From an uncultured Candidatus Saccharibacteria bacterium (GTDB lineage Bacteria > Patescibacteriota > Minisyncoccia > 2-02-FULL-40-12 > GWA2-44-9), in contig CAYZRE010000001.1 of NCBI GenBank assembly GCA_964479835.1, forward strand, positions 31,630 to 95,629: 64,000 nucleotides of DNA, in the 5' to 3' direction. Position numbers and translations under genes: made by a program. Each line of letters begins with the position of its first letter. The first letter of the stretch is position 1. The notes below the pieces were generated by a model that did no database searches, was not told where the DNA came from, and saw only the letters and a program-made list of their open reading frames with translations. Shown in pieces: positions 1 to 7,074 of this stretch.

Positions 1-48
1 CTCCTTCGGAGGGAGATATCCTATCCATTGAACGACAAGAGCTCGTGC

Positions 49-333
49 TTAATTGTCCTGCGAATCGACCTGCTTGATGATAGCATCCTCTAACTCGAAA
101 TCCTGGTCGTATAGGATGGTCCCATCCACATCCGTTACCCGGATGTGTTTCAGGTGCCTGCTATCTTTAATGCCATCGCGAAACTGGTATTCAACTTTCG
201 CCAGCCCTTTATCAACTCGTTCCATTGCGGCGTCCAGCGCGGCATCGAATTGATCGTGGATTGATTCCAGATTGAAGCGCTGACTCTCCACTTGGCGAGG
301 CGTCGGTTTATCTGATTGTTTTTCGTTGGTCAT
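49..333 (-). CDS. hypothetical protein (~94 aa)
   Basis: Minus-strand ORF 49..381. Start trimmed to internal Met (MTNEKQ...) at 333, because the longer version would overlap tRNA-Leu at 341-424. No recognisable motif. Confidence 0.35.
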   Translation of the reverse strand: MTNEKQSDKPTPRQVESQRFNLESIHDQFDAALDAAMERVDKGLAKVEYQFRDGIKDSRHLKHIRVTDVDGTILYDQDFELEDAIIKQVDSQDN

Positions 334-340
334 GGTTATG

Positions 341-424
341 TGCTCGGGGTCGGAGTCGAACCGACAAGGCCTTACGGCCACAACATTTTAAGTGTTGCGT
401 GTATACCAATTCCACCACCCGAGC
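341..424 (-). tRNA. tRNA-Leu(TAA)
   Basis: Minus-strand cloverleaf read from reverse complement: acceptor GCTCGGG/CCCGAGC, discriminator A73. Anticodon arm CAACA-CTTAAAA-TGTTG (anticodon TAA). Long variable arm GGCCGTAAGGCC, T-loop GGTTCGACTCC. CCA not encoded. Confidence 0.8.
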
Positions 425-434
425 ATAAATTGTG

Positions 435-506
435 AGGCGCAAGGGGGAATCGAACCCCCGAATAAGGGTTTTGCAGACCCTCGCCTTACCACTTGGCTAT
501 TGCGCC
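435..506 (-). tRNA. tRNA-Cys(GCA)
   Basis: Minus strand: acceptor GGCGCAA/TTGCGCC, U73 discriminator typical of Cys. Anticodon loop CTGCAAA (GCA). T-arm GGGGGTTCGATTCCCCC. Confidence 0.75.
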
Positions 507-510
507 CTCA

Positions 511-2037
511 TTATAACAGCTGTTTGACCTGCTCTTCGGTGATGAACTCCAGTGTATCACCTTCCTGAATATCGCCGCCGAAGCTTGATGTGTCAATGCG
601 CATCCCGCACTCCACGCCCTGGCCTACCTCTGTGGTGTCCACTTTTTCCTGCTGAAGACTGGAGATTTTCCCGACGCGCGTGACGGCCTCGCCGCGCACG
701 AGGTCCACGACGGCGCCCTTTCTGACAACGCCCGACACAACTCGGCCGCCTAGGATAATGGAGCGCGCATCTTTCTTGAACAAGGCCAGTACGCGCAGTT
801 TTCCGATGACCGAGCGCTGGGTCTGTGTCGGCAAAAGTGCAGCGAGATTATTGCGGATGGCTTCGATAAGTTCGTAGATGATATCGAATGATGTGACGAC
901 GATGCCGTCGCGTTCTGCGAGCTTTGCGGCGGCCGGGTCCGTTTGCACACGAAATCCTATAATGACGGCACCTTTTGCGGCGGCGGTCTTTACATCTGCT
1001 TCCGAGATATTTCCGATGCCGGAATCGAGGACGCGGATACCGACCTGCTCGTTCTTAATGGCGCCGATAGACAACTCGATGGCCTCCAGCGAGCTTGCGA
1101 CATCGGCCTTGAAGATAATATTTAGCGTGATGCGCTCGCTTCCGGATGGCTGTTCGCCGCGATAGGTGTCAAACGCCACCGGCGGGGGAGTGATGGAGTC
1201 GGCCGCCAATTCTTCTGCCGCCTTCTTTGCTTTCGCAGTGCGAAACTGTTCGCCGACGCGCGGCGACTCCTGCCATCCGGTCAGTAGTACCGGTTGTGAC
1301 GGGCGGGCCTCTTCGAGTGCGTGCCCGAGGAAATCTTCCATGCTCTTGACCTTGCCAACCACATGACCGACCACAATCCAGTCGCCGACATGCAGAATAC
1401 CAACTTGCACCAGGGCAGTCGCAACATAGCCGCGTTGCTTGTCGAGGTTTGATTCGATAATGATACCCGACGCCGGCCCGGCGGTTATTTCTTTCAGTTC
1501 CTGCAGTTCGGCGACCAGCAGTACCATCTCCAACAGCTCGGGGATACCGGCGCCGGTCTTTGCCGATATTTCCACGGCCGGAGTCTGTCCGCCCCATTCT
1601 TCCACTAATATATTCTCCTGGGCCAGGTCCTGCTTCACTTTCGCGGGACTTGATCCTTCCTTGTCGGTCTTGTTGATGGCAATAACGCAGGGCAGACCCG
1701 CTTCTTTGATGATACCGATTGCTTCTTTCGTTTGGGGCTTTACTGATTCATCGGCGGCCACGACCAGAATAGCGATGTCGGCAACTTTGGCGCCACGACT
1801 GCGGATAGCGGTGAAAGCTTCGTGCCCGGGGGTATCCAGAAAGGTGATGAGCTTGCCGTGAGCTTCTGCCTGGTATGCGCCGATGTGCTGGGTGATGCCG
1901 CCCGACTCACCCGCAACAATATTCGTCTTCCGAATAACATCCAAAAGCTTCGTTTTTCCGTGGTCGACATGCCCCAATACCACCACAACGGGCGGGCGTA
2001 CTGCAGAGGGCTTGTTGTCGGGGGCAATGGACGTCAT
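511..2037 (-). CDS. infB: translation initiation factor IF-2 (short form, 508 aa)
   Basis: GTPase G1 motif GHVDHGKT shortly after the start; the rest of the ORF is of IF-2 length and composition but was not read in detail. Lacks the long N-terminal region of classical IF-2. Confidence 0.9.
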   Translation of the reverse strand: MTSIAPDNKPSAVRPPVVVVLGHVDHGKTKLLDVIRKTNIVAGESGGITQHIGAYQAEAHGKLITFLDTPGHEAFTAIRSRGAKVADIAILVVAADESVKPQTKEAIGIIKEAGLPCVIAINKTDKEGSSPAKVKQDLAQENILVEEWGGQTPAVEISAKTGAGIPELLEMVLLVAELQELKEITAGPASGIIIESNLDKQRGYVATALVQVGILHVGDWIVVGHVVGKVKSMEDFLGHALEEARPSQPVLLTGWQESPRVGEQFRTAKAKKAAEELAADSITPPPVAFDTYRGEQPSGSERITLNIIFKADVASSLEAIELSIGAIKNEQVGIRVLDSGIGNISEADVKTAAAKGAVIIGFRVQTDPAAAKLAERDGIVVTSFDIIYELIEAIRNNLAALLPTQTQRSVIGKLRVLALFKKDARSIILGGRVVSGVVRKGAVVDLVRGEAVTRVGKISSLQQEKVDTTEVGQGVECGMRIDTSSFGGDIQEGDTLEFITEEQVKQLL

Positions 2038-2069
2038 ATGACGCTATAATCTAACATATTATGGGCATT

Positions 2070-2103
2070 TTGGCAAAAAACAAACGGGCCCCGAAGGGCC
2101 CGT
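2070..2103 (-). terminator. intrinsic terminator downstream of the membrane-protein gene
   Basis: 8-bp GC stem ACGGGCCC/GGGCCCGT with GAA loop, followed on the minus strand by TTGTTTTTTG. Confidence 0.55.
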
Positions 2104-2124
2104 TGCGTATACTAGCCTCGGAAG

Positions 2125-2550
2125 TTAATGGTAGTGTGACCTGATCTGGAACAGCAGATACAAATAAATGCCGGTTCCGATAACAAGTCCAAACAGGTCC
2201 ATGCGCAGGATGGAGTAGACTGCTCCGACAAGCGCGTTGTAGTACACGAAGCGCCATCCGACCGTAAGCCGCGCGAAGAGACCGCGAATCGATAACCCGA
2301 GCAGAACGACATTCAAGATAGAGAACACAAGAGCCAATGTGCCGCCGTATGCGCCCCATCCGCCGCCCGCTCTCAAAATCGGCCCCGCAAGTGCACCCAG
2401 ACCCAGAAGGGCCAGGATTGCCGGAAGCGACAATACAACGCCGATCACCGCAAGATACGGAGCTATCTTTACGATACTTGCCTGAACACTGGCTGGCAGA
2501 TTCGGAAGCTTTCCGAACAGGCCCGAGAGAAACTTGTCTAATTCCTTCAT
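2125..2550 (-). CDS. hypothetical integral membrane protein (141 aa)
   Basis: Complete ORF, 3-4 predicted hydrophobic helices, Gly-rich segment GGGWGAYGG, followed by a terminator. Confidence 0.5.
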   Translation of the reverse strand: MKELDKFLSGLFGKLPNLPASVQASIVKIAPYLAVIGVVLSLPAILALLGLGALAGPILRAGGGWGAYGGTLALVFSILNVVLLGLSIRGLFARLTVGWRFVYYNALVGAVYSILRMDLFGLVIGTGIYLYLLFQIRSHYH

Positions 2551-2651
2551 AGGTATGATGAGATTAATACGTTACCGTCATTGTACCACGCAATCCCAGG
2601 GGATACCACAAGGCCCATGGGGTTGATATCTGCGGAGAGGGTGGGCTAGCA

Positions 2652-3077
2652 CTAATGTCGAACCTGGTTCTTATGTATGATTCCGACCGCTTTGCTCAGT
2701 CGTTTGTATCGGGCTTTGAGCTCGTCGAAGCGTTCGGGAGAGATGTTGGTTTCCTCCTCCAGAGCATTCATGAGGGTGACGATAGGGATGAGTGCTTTCT
2801 TTGCGGATTCCCGTAACGGCTCGTTTGCCATGTCTTCCGGACGAAGGTCAATGATGGCATTGAGCTCGTCTAGGGAATGCCGTGCCTCAAAGTCCTCCAG
2901 CATGACTTGGAATTCTGCAACTTCTTTTTCGCAGTCTCTGCGCTCTGTTTCAACCTGCTCATACCGTGAAAGGTTCTCTTCAGCCATCAAGCGCTCTTCC
3001 GCGGTGAGACCATCTTCGCCTCGTTCGGGGGATTCAGGGGATACCCCGCCCATTCCTTCGAATTTATTCATGGACAC
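2652..3077 (-). CDS. hypothetical acidic coiled-coil protein (141 aa)
   Basis: Complete ORF, Glu/Arg-rich heptad-like sequence. No catalytic motif. Confidence 0.4.
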   Translation of the reverse strand: MSMNKFEGMGGVSPESPERGEDGLTAEERLMAEENLSRYEQVETERRDCEKEVAEFQVMLEDFEARHSLDELNAIIDLRPEDMANEPLRESAKKALIPIVTLMNALEEETNISPERFDELKARYKRLSKAVGIIHKNQVRH

Positions 3078-3104
3078 ATAATAACATATCTACCTTCAAT
3101 ACGG

Positions 3105-3191
3105 CGGAGAGGGTGAGATTCGAACTCACGGGGCTCTTGCGAGCCCGGCGGTTTAGTAAACCGCTGCTTTAGACCGCTCAGCCACCTCTCC
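3105..3191 (-). tRNA. class II (long variable arm) Ser-type tRNA with apparent anticodon ACU (loop TTACTAA)
   Basis: Minus strand, 87 nt. Acceptor GGAGAGG/CCTCTCC, G73 discriminator, 3-bp D-stem with long D-loop. Anticodon stem GCGGT/ACCGC, loop TTACTAA. 18-nt variable arm hairpin GGGCTC-GCAA-GAGCCC. T-arm GTGAG-TTCGAAT-CTCAC. Confidence 0.6.
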
Positions 3192-3193
3192 AG

Positions 3194-3372
3194 GGAATTG
3201 TAACGGAAGGATTCATCCTCCGGGTAAACGGCTCACAGTCTGAGCCGTTTACCTCCGGGCTCCGGCCCTCGTGGTATCGGCTACTGCCGATACATCACTC
3301 CGGGCTTCGAATCCTTCCGCGTATTCTACATGATACACAGACAGGTGCCACATGGCACCTGTCTGTGTATAT
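3194..3372. repeat. hairpin-rich spacer containing fragments of tRNA-Ser 3-prime ends in both orientations
   Basis: Copies of GGAAGGATTC / GAATCCTTCCG (matching the T-arm/acceptor of the adjacent tRNA-Ser) at 3202-3216 and, inverted, 3304-3319. Perfect hairpins at 3228-3258 (13-bp stem), 3280-3299 (8 bp) and 3336-3369 (15-bp stem, loop ACAT). Confidence 0.4.
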
Positions 3373-3462
3373 GCGGAGACGGAAGGATTCGAACCTTCGG
3401 TTCGGTTTGACCCGAACACCTCTTTAGCAAAGAGGCTCATTAGACCACTCTGACACGTCTCC
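3373..3462 (-). tRNA. tRNA-Ser(GCT)
   Basis: Minus strand, 90 nt. Acceptor GGAGACG/CGTCTCC, G73. Anticodon arm CCTCT-TTGCTAA-AGAGG. 20-nt variable arm, T-arm GAAGG-TTCGAAT-CCTTC. Confidence 0.8.
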
Positions 3463-3520
3463 AAAAAAGCCTTGCCATTCTACCATTTTTCAGTACTATA
3501 TTCAACAGCGGAGGTGGCCA

Positions 3521-3772
3521 GTGAACTTCTTGCAGGCGCACTACAATCAGTACCGTCAGGCTGGTGGCGATCACACTTCATATGTCATCGTCAACGACCT
3601 CGACGATGCGATGGCCGACACGCTTCAGCAGGCATACGACAAAGAGTTCCCTACCCCCGTATCCGAACAGAAGCAGCGCGAGTTCAAGGAGGGCTTGGAG
3701 GGGCAGACGCAGGAATCGGCGGCCCGCGACGACCTAGAGTGGCTGACAGGAACGGGCCGCTACGGACAGTAG
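3521..3772 (+). CDS. hypothetical small acidic protein (83 aa, GTG start)
   Basis: ORF with GGAGGTGG RBS 4-11 nt upstream of a GTG start, followed by a strong intrinsic terminator. No motif. Confidence 0.4.
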   Translation: MNFLQAHYNQYRQAGGDHTSYVIVNDLDDAMADTLQQAYDKEFPTPVSEQKQREFKEGLEGQTQESAARDDLEWLTGTGRYGQ

Positions 3773-3784
3773 AGAGGGCACCTC

Positions 3785-3813
3785 GGGAGCGCATGAGCGC
3801 TCCCTTTTTCTTT
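3785..3813 (+). terminator. intrinsic terminator
   Basis: GGGAGCGC-ATGA-GCGCTCCC hairpin followed by TTTTTCTTT. Confidence 0.6.
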
Positions 3814-4525
3814 ACCCGCGTGCCACAACAACCGCCGACACCGAAGCCGCGCCGGATTCTTTGAGGGCGCGGGCGCAGTCTTCCAGCGTTGCGCCGGTGG
3901 TGCACACATCGTCGACGAGTACGATGTCGCGGTCGGCGACCATTTCAGGGCGCTGGACGGCGAACGCGCCACGCATGTTATCTAACCGCTCAATGCGCGA
4001 GTGCGTTCGTACCTGACTGCCGGTGTGGCGGATGCGAATCAACGCTGATTCCTCCAGTGGCATCGCTGCCGCAATTGCCAGCCGACGGGCCAACAGTGCG
4101 GCCTGATTGTAATCGCGCTCGCGTAAACGGGTCGGGTGCAAGGGCACCGGCATAATAAGGGGATTGGCGCCGAACATGATTCGGGTACTTGGCCGCAGAC
4201 CGACGACTGTGGCCGTCCAATCGCCCAACGGGATGGCGAGTTGTTGCATGGCGCGGTACTTAAGTGCGTAGACAGCGGTTTCAGCGATGTCTCCCATCGT
4301 GGTGGCCGCAATAAATCGGTCAAGATAGGTATGACCCCGACAGCTTGAGCAGGGAATACCGAGAGTATTAGGACGCCGACACACCAGACAACGCTGCGCC
4401 GACAGCGGTTTGAGTTTCCCGAGACACCCGGCGCACAAGTCGACGCCAAGTATGTCGCATCCGATGCAACGAGCAGGCCAGAGAAGTTCAGCGAACCAAT
4501 GCAGTATTTGGTGTGAGTAATCCAC
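3812..4525 (-). CDS. comFC: competence protein ComFC-like phosphoribosyltransferase (double zinc ribbon plus PRTase)
   Basis: N-terminal CxxC...CxxC...CxxC...CxxC zinc-ribbon pairs and C-terminal PRTase motif VLVDDVCTTGAT. Confidence 0.75.
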   Translation of the reverse strand: MDYSHQILHWFAELLWPARCIGCDILGVDLCAGCLGKLKPLSAQRCLVCRRPNTLGIPCSSCRGHTYLDRFIAATTMGDIAETAVYALKYRAMQQLAIPLGDWTATVVGLRPSTRIMFGANPLIMPVPLHPTRLRERDYNQAALLARRLAIAAAMPLEESALIRIRHTGSQVRTHSRIERLDNMRGAFAVQRPEMVADRDIVLVDDVCTTGATLEDCARALKESGAASVSAVVVARG

Positions 4526-4549
4526 AAGTGGGTCGGTGAATCGGTACGC

Positions 4550-4559
4550 GTGGTATAAT
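4550..4559 (+). promoter_or_regulatory. extended -10 (TGGTATAAT) for pilM, about 11 nt before the ATG
   Basis: TGGTATAATC at 4550-4559 and no RBS before pilM, suggesting a leaderless or very short-leader transcript. Confidence 0.35.
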
Positions 4560-4569
4560 CTAATTACGC

Positions 4570-5664
4570 ATGGTATTCAACCTCTTCAAGTCAAAGAGCA
4601 AGCTTGGTATCGATATCGGAACCTCATCGATTAAGGTTGTTGAGTTGTCGCTCGAAGGTGGTCGCTGGAAACTGGAGAACTACGGCACCTACGAACTTCA
4701 CGGTATAGAAGGGATGGCTGACACCGCAAAGACGGTGATGGACTTATCTGATGCAGAGATTGCCCAAGCAATCAAGAATATTCTGCAGTCGTCCGGCATG
4801 AAGAGCCGCGACGGAGTTGCGGCTATCTCATCATTTTCCACATTCGCCACAGTTATCGAGATGCCGTACATCAGCGAGGAGGATTTAGCAAAGACGATTC
4901 CGTTTGAAGCGCGAAAATATATTCCGGTTCCGCTGGATCAGGTGGTGCTGGACTGGTCCATCATCGGCGTTGTCGGTGCAAAAGGAGAATCTGTTCCGTT
5001 ACCGGCGGTTCCCACCGCACCGGGCACGAGCGTCACGGTTGAAGTATTTCTGGCGGCGGTACCCAAAGACGAAACAGCCCGTTACCAGCGCATCATGAAA
5101 GCCGCGGGCGTTAATCTGCTCGCTCTGGAGTTAGAAAACTCAAGTCTTGTGCGCGCGCTATTGGGCAACGATCTCTCTTCTACTGCCATCTTGAATGTCG
5201 GTGGGCGCAGCTCATCAATTTTGGTAGTCAGCAAGGGCTACGAGCGAGTGAGTCATAACTATGAAATCGGAGGATATGAGATGACTAAAGCTATCGCTGC
5301 TGCACTGGGTATCGGTCCTGACCAGGCGGAAGGTCTCAAGCGCAAATACGGATTAATCGACAGTCCGGAGAACCGGGCCCGTGCGGCAATGATGCCGCCG
5401 GTGGACATGATGGTGTTTGAAACGAAGAAAACGATTGAGTCATTTGAGCAATCATGGGGTGCGAACATCAGCCGTCTTGTGCTCGTCGGGGGATTGGCCA
5501 ACATGCCGGGGCTTTCGCAATATGTGAAACAGCGCATTCCGCGGGATGTGCTTATCGGCAATGTGTTTGCTCGTCTGATATACCCTCCCGAATTAACGCC
5601 ATTACTGCAGACGCTTAGTAATACGCTTTCAATTGCCGTGGGTTGTGCAATGCGTGAAACATGA
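4570..5664 (+). CDS. pilM: type IV pilus assembly protein PilM (actin-like ATPase fold)
   Basis: N-terminus MVFNLFKSKSKLGIDIGTSSIKVVEL is typical of PilM. 364 aa. First gene of a pilMNO-pilB-pilC cluster. Confidence 0.85.
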   Translation: MVFNLFKSKSKLGIDIGTSSIKVVELSLEGGRWKLENYGTYELHGIEGMADTAKTVMDLSDAEIAQAIKNILQSSGMKSRDGVAAISSFSTFATVIEMPYISEEDLAKTIPFEARKYIPVPLDQVVLDWSIIGVVGAKGESVPLPAVPTAPGTSVTVEVFLAAVPKDETARYQRIMKAAGVNLLALELENSSLVRALLGNDLSSTAILNVGGRSSSILVVSKGYERVSHNYEIGGYEMTKAIAAALGIGPDQAEGLKRKYGLIDSPENRARAAMMPPVDMMVFETKKTIESFEQSWGANISRLVLVGGLANMPGLSQYVKQRIPRDVLIGNVFARLIYPPELTPLLQTLSNTLSIAVGCAMRET

Positions 5665-5691
5665 TTCATGATATAATTAAGTAGATTTCCG

Positions 5692-6264
5692 ATGCCATAT
5701 AAAGGAGGGGTACAACTGTTGCCCGAGACCGAGCGTCGACCAACGCTGTCATCCTATACGAGCGGTAACGCTTATTTCTATGCGGCCGTAGTCGTGGGCG
5801 TGGTTATCCTTGTGATAGGCGCTATCTTGGCAGGTTACAAAGCAAATCTGGAAGACCAGATTAGTGTGCTCGATGGTAAAATGAGTGTCGGCGAGAGTTC
5901 GCGCGACAAACAAAAGGAGCAGGAACTCATAGATGCGTCCAAGCAGTCCCGCATTATTAAAGATTTGCTGACCAATAAACTGTACTGGTCGCAGGCACTA
6001 GAGCGCATGCAACAGATGATGCAAGCGGCGGTGACACTCACGGAGATGAATGCAACGGTTACCAAAGGAACCATCTCATTTCGGGCGACGACTGACAGTT
6101 ATGCATCGGTCGCACGCCAACTGGCGACATTCATAGCCGCGACCGGCGTGAATGATATCTCCGTTAATAATATCAAGACCACATCGGAGGGGACGGTCGA
6201 GTTCGACGGGGAGCTGTTTATCGATACCAAATCAATGCTGACGAAACAACAACCAAAAAAATAG
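5692..6264 (+). CDS. pilN: PilN-like bitopic pilus assembly protein
   Basis: Short cytoplasmic N-terminus, single TM (AAVVVGVVILVIGAILAGY), then a coiled-coil periplasmic part, located after pilM. Start uncertain: the AGGAGG at 5703-5708 suggests an alternative TTG at 5719. Confidence 0.55.
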   Translation: MPYKGGVQLLPETERRPTLSSYTSGNAYFYAAVVVGVVILVIGAILAGYKANLEDQISVLDGKMSVGESSRDKQKEQELIDASKQSRIIKDLLTNKLYWSQALERMQQMMQAAVTLTEMNATVTKGTISFRATTDSYASVARQLATFIAATGVNDISVNNIKTTSEGTVEFDGELFIDTKSMLTKQQPKK

Positions 6265-6265
6265 C

Positions 6266-6793
6266 ATGAATCCAAAGAACATATTTGGTGCATTCACGCT
6301 CGCCATCGCACTGTTCTTTTTCTGGCCGGCCGTATACGGATCATGGCAAGAGATGCTCGCACTCCGGTCGGGTGTGAGCGAACGGCAGCAGTTATTGGAT
6401 GCTCGTACTGCCATTTTAACGAATGCGGACCGGGAGTACACGAAATATCAAACCGCAATCAGTGGCGATGCAGGCCGGAATTTTATCCAGCTGGTACCCG
6501 TCAAGAAAAACACTGCAGAACTGATATCTGCGATGGAGGATATCGCCCGGAGTTCCGGTGTGCAACTCTCGCAGGTGCAGATAACGGAGACCAAGGGAAA
6601 AGAAAACGAACAGTACAAAACACTTTCGCTGTCACTTGGGATGAGCGGTTCATATCCCTCACTCCGCAGTTTTCTTAGTAGTCTTGAACAGTATGTGCGC
6701 ATCCTCAATGTGGGGAGCATCCAGGTCTCGGCTGATAAAACAACCGGACAGCTCGAGTATACGGTCAAGGCGGACGCCTATTTTATCAAATAA
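6266..6793 (+). CDS. pilO: PilO-like bitopic pilus assembly protein
   Basis: N-terminal TM (FTLAIALFFFWPAVYG) followed by a coiled-coil and an alpha/beta domain; located after pilN. Confidence 0.5.
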   Translation: MNPKNIFGAFTLAIALFFFWPAVYGSWQEMLALRSGVSERQQLLDARTAILTNADREYTKYQTAISGDAGRNFIQLVPVKKNTAELISAMEDIARSSGVQLSQVQITETKGKENEQYKTLSLSLGMSGSYPSLRSFLSSLEQYVRILNVGSIQVSADKTTGQLEYTVKADAYFIK

Positions 6794-6795
6794 CT

Positions 6796-7062
6796 ATGCC
6801 ACCAACGAAACAAGGATCAGTGCTTCTCTATGTCATCATGGCGTTTGGTTTTATTATGGGCTATGTCTACAATATGCAGGCCGATCCGGTGGCCGCCGTA
6901 CCCGTTCTGGATAACCGTTTTCAGCTGACATCGTTGAAGAACTTGGAAGGCGCGCGCATCGATGAGTCCGTGTTTTCCAGTGAGCAGTACCAAGCGTTGC
7001 GGATTTTCGGCTCGTTGCCGGTCCAAGCGGGTGGCGGCGGAAAAGATAATCCGTTCCAATAA
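6796..7062 (+). CDS. small single-TM protein (88 aa), possible pilus accessory (PilP-like position)
   Basis: One N-terminal TM helix, located between pilO and pilB. Confidence 0.35.
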   Translation: MPPTKQGSVLLYVIMAFGFIMGYVYNMQADPVAAVPVLDNRFQLTSLKNLEGARIDESVFSSEQYQALRIFGSLPVQAGGGGKDNPFQ

Positions 7063-7074
7063 TCACCGTATCCG

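Noticed and set aside
3255-3285. UCCGGGCUCC motif resembling the P4 region of RNase P RNA
   Set aside because: Only a 10-nt match. The available non-tRNA space is about 180 nt, far too short for RNase P RNA, and the surrounding sequence is better explained as tRNA-fragment hairpins.
3472-3864. 130-aa plus-strand ORF overlapping the small acidic ORF and the terminator
   Set aside because: Arg/Pro/Gly-rich alternative-frame product that runs through a strong terminator hairpin. The in-frame 83-aa GTG-start ORF with an RBS is preferred.
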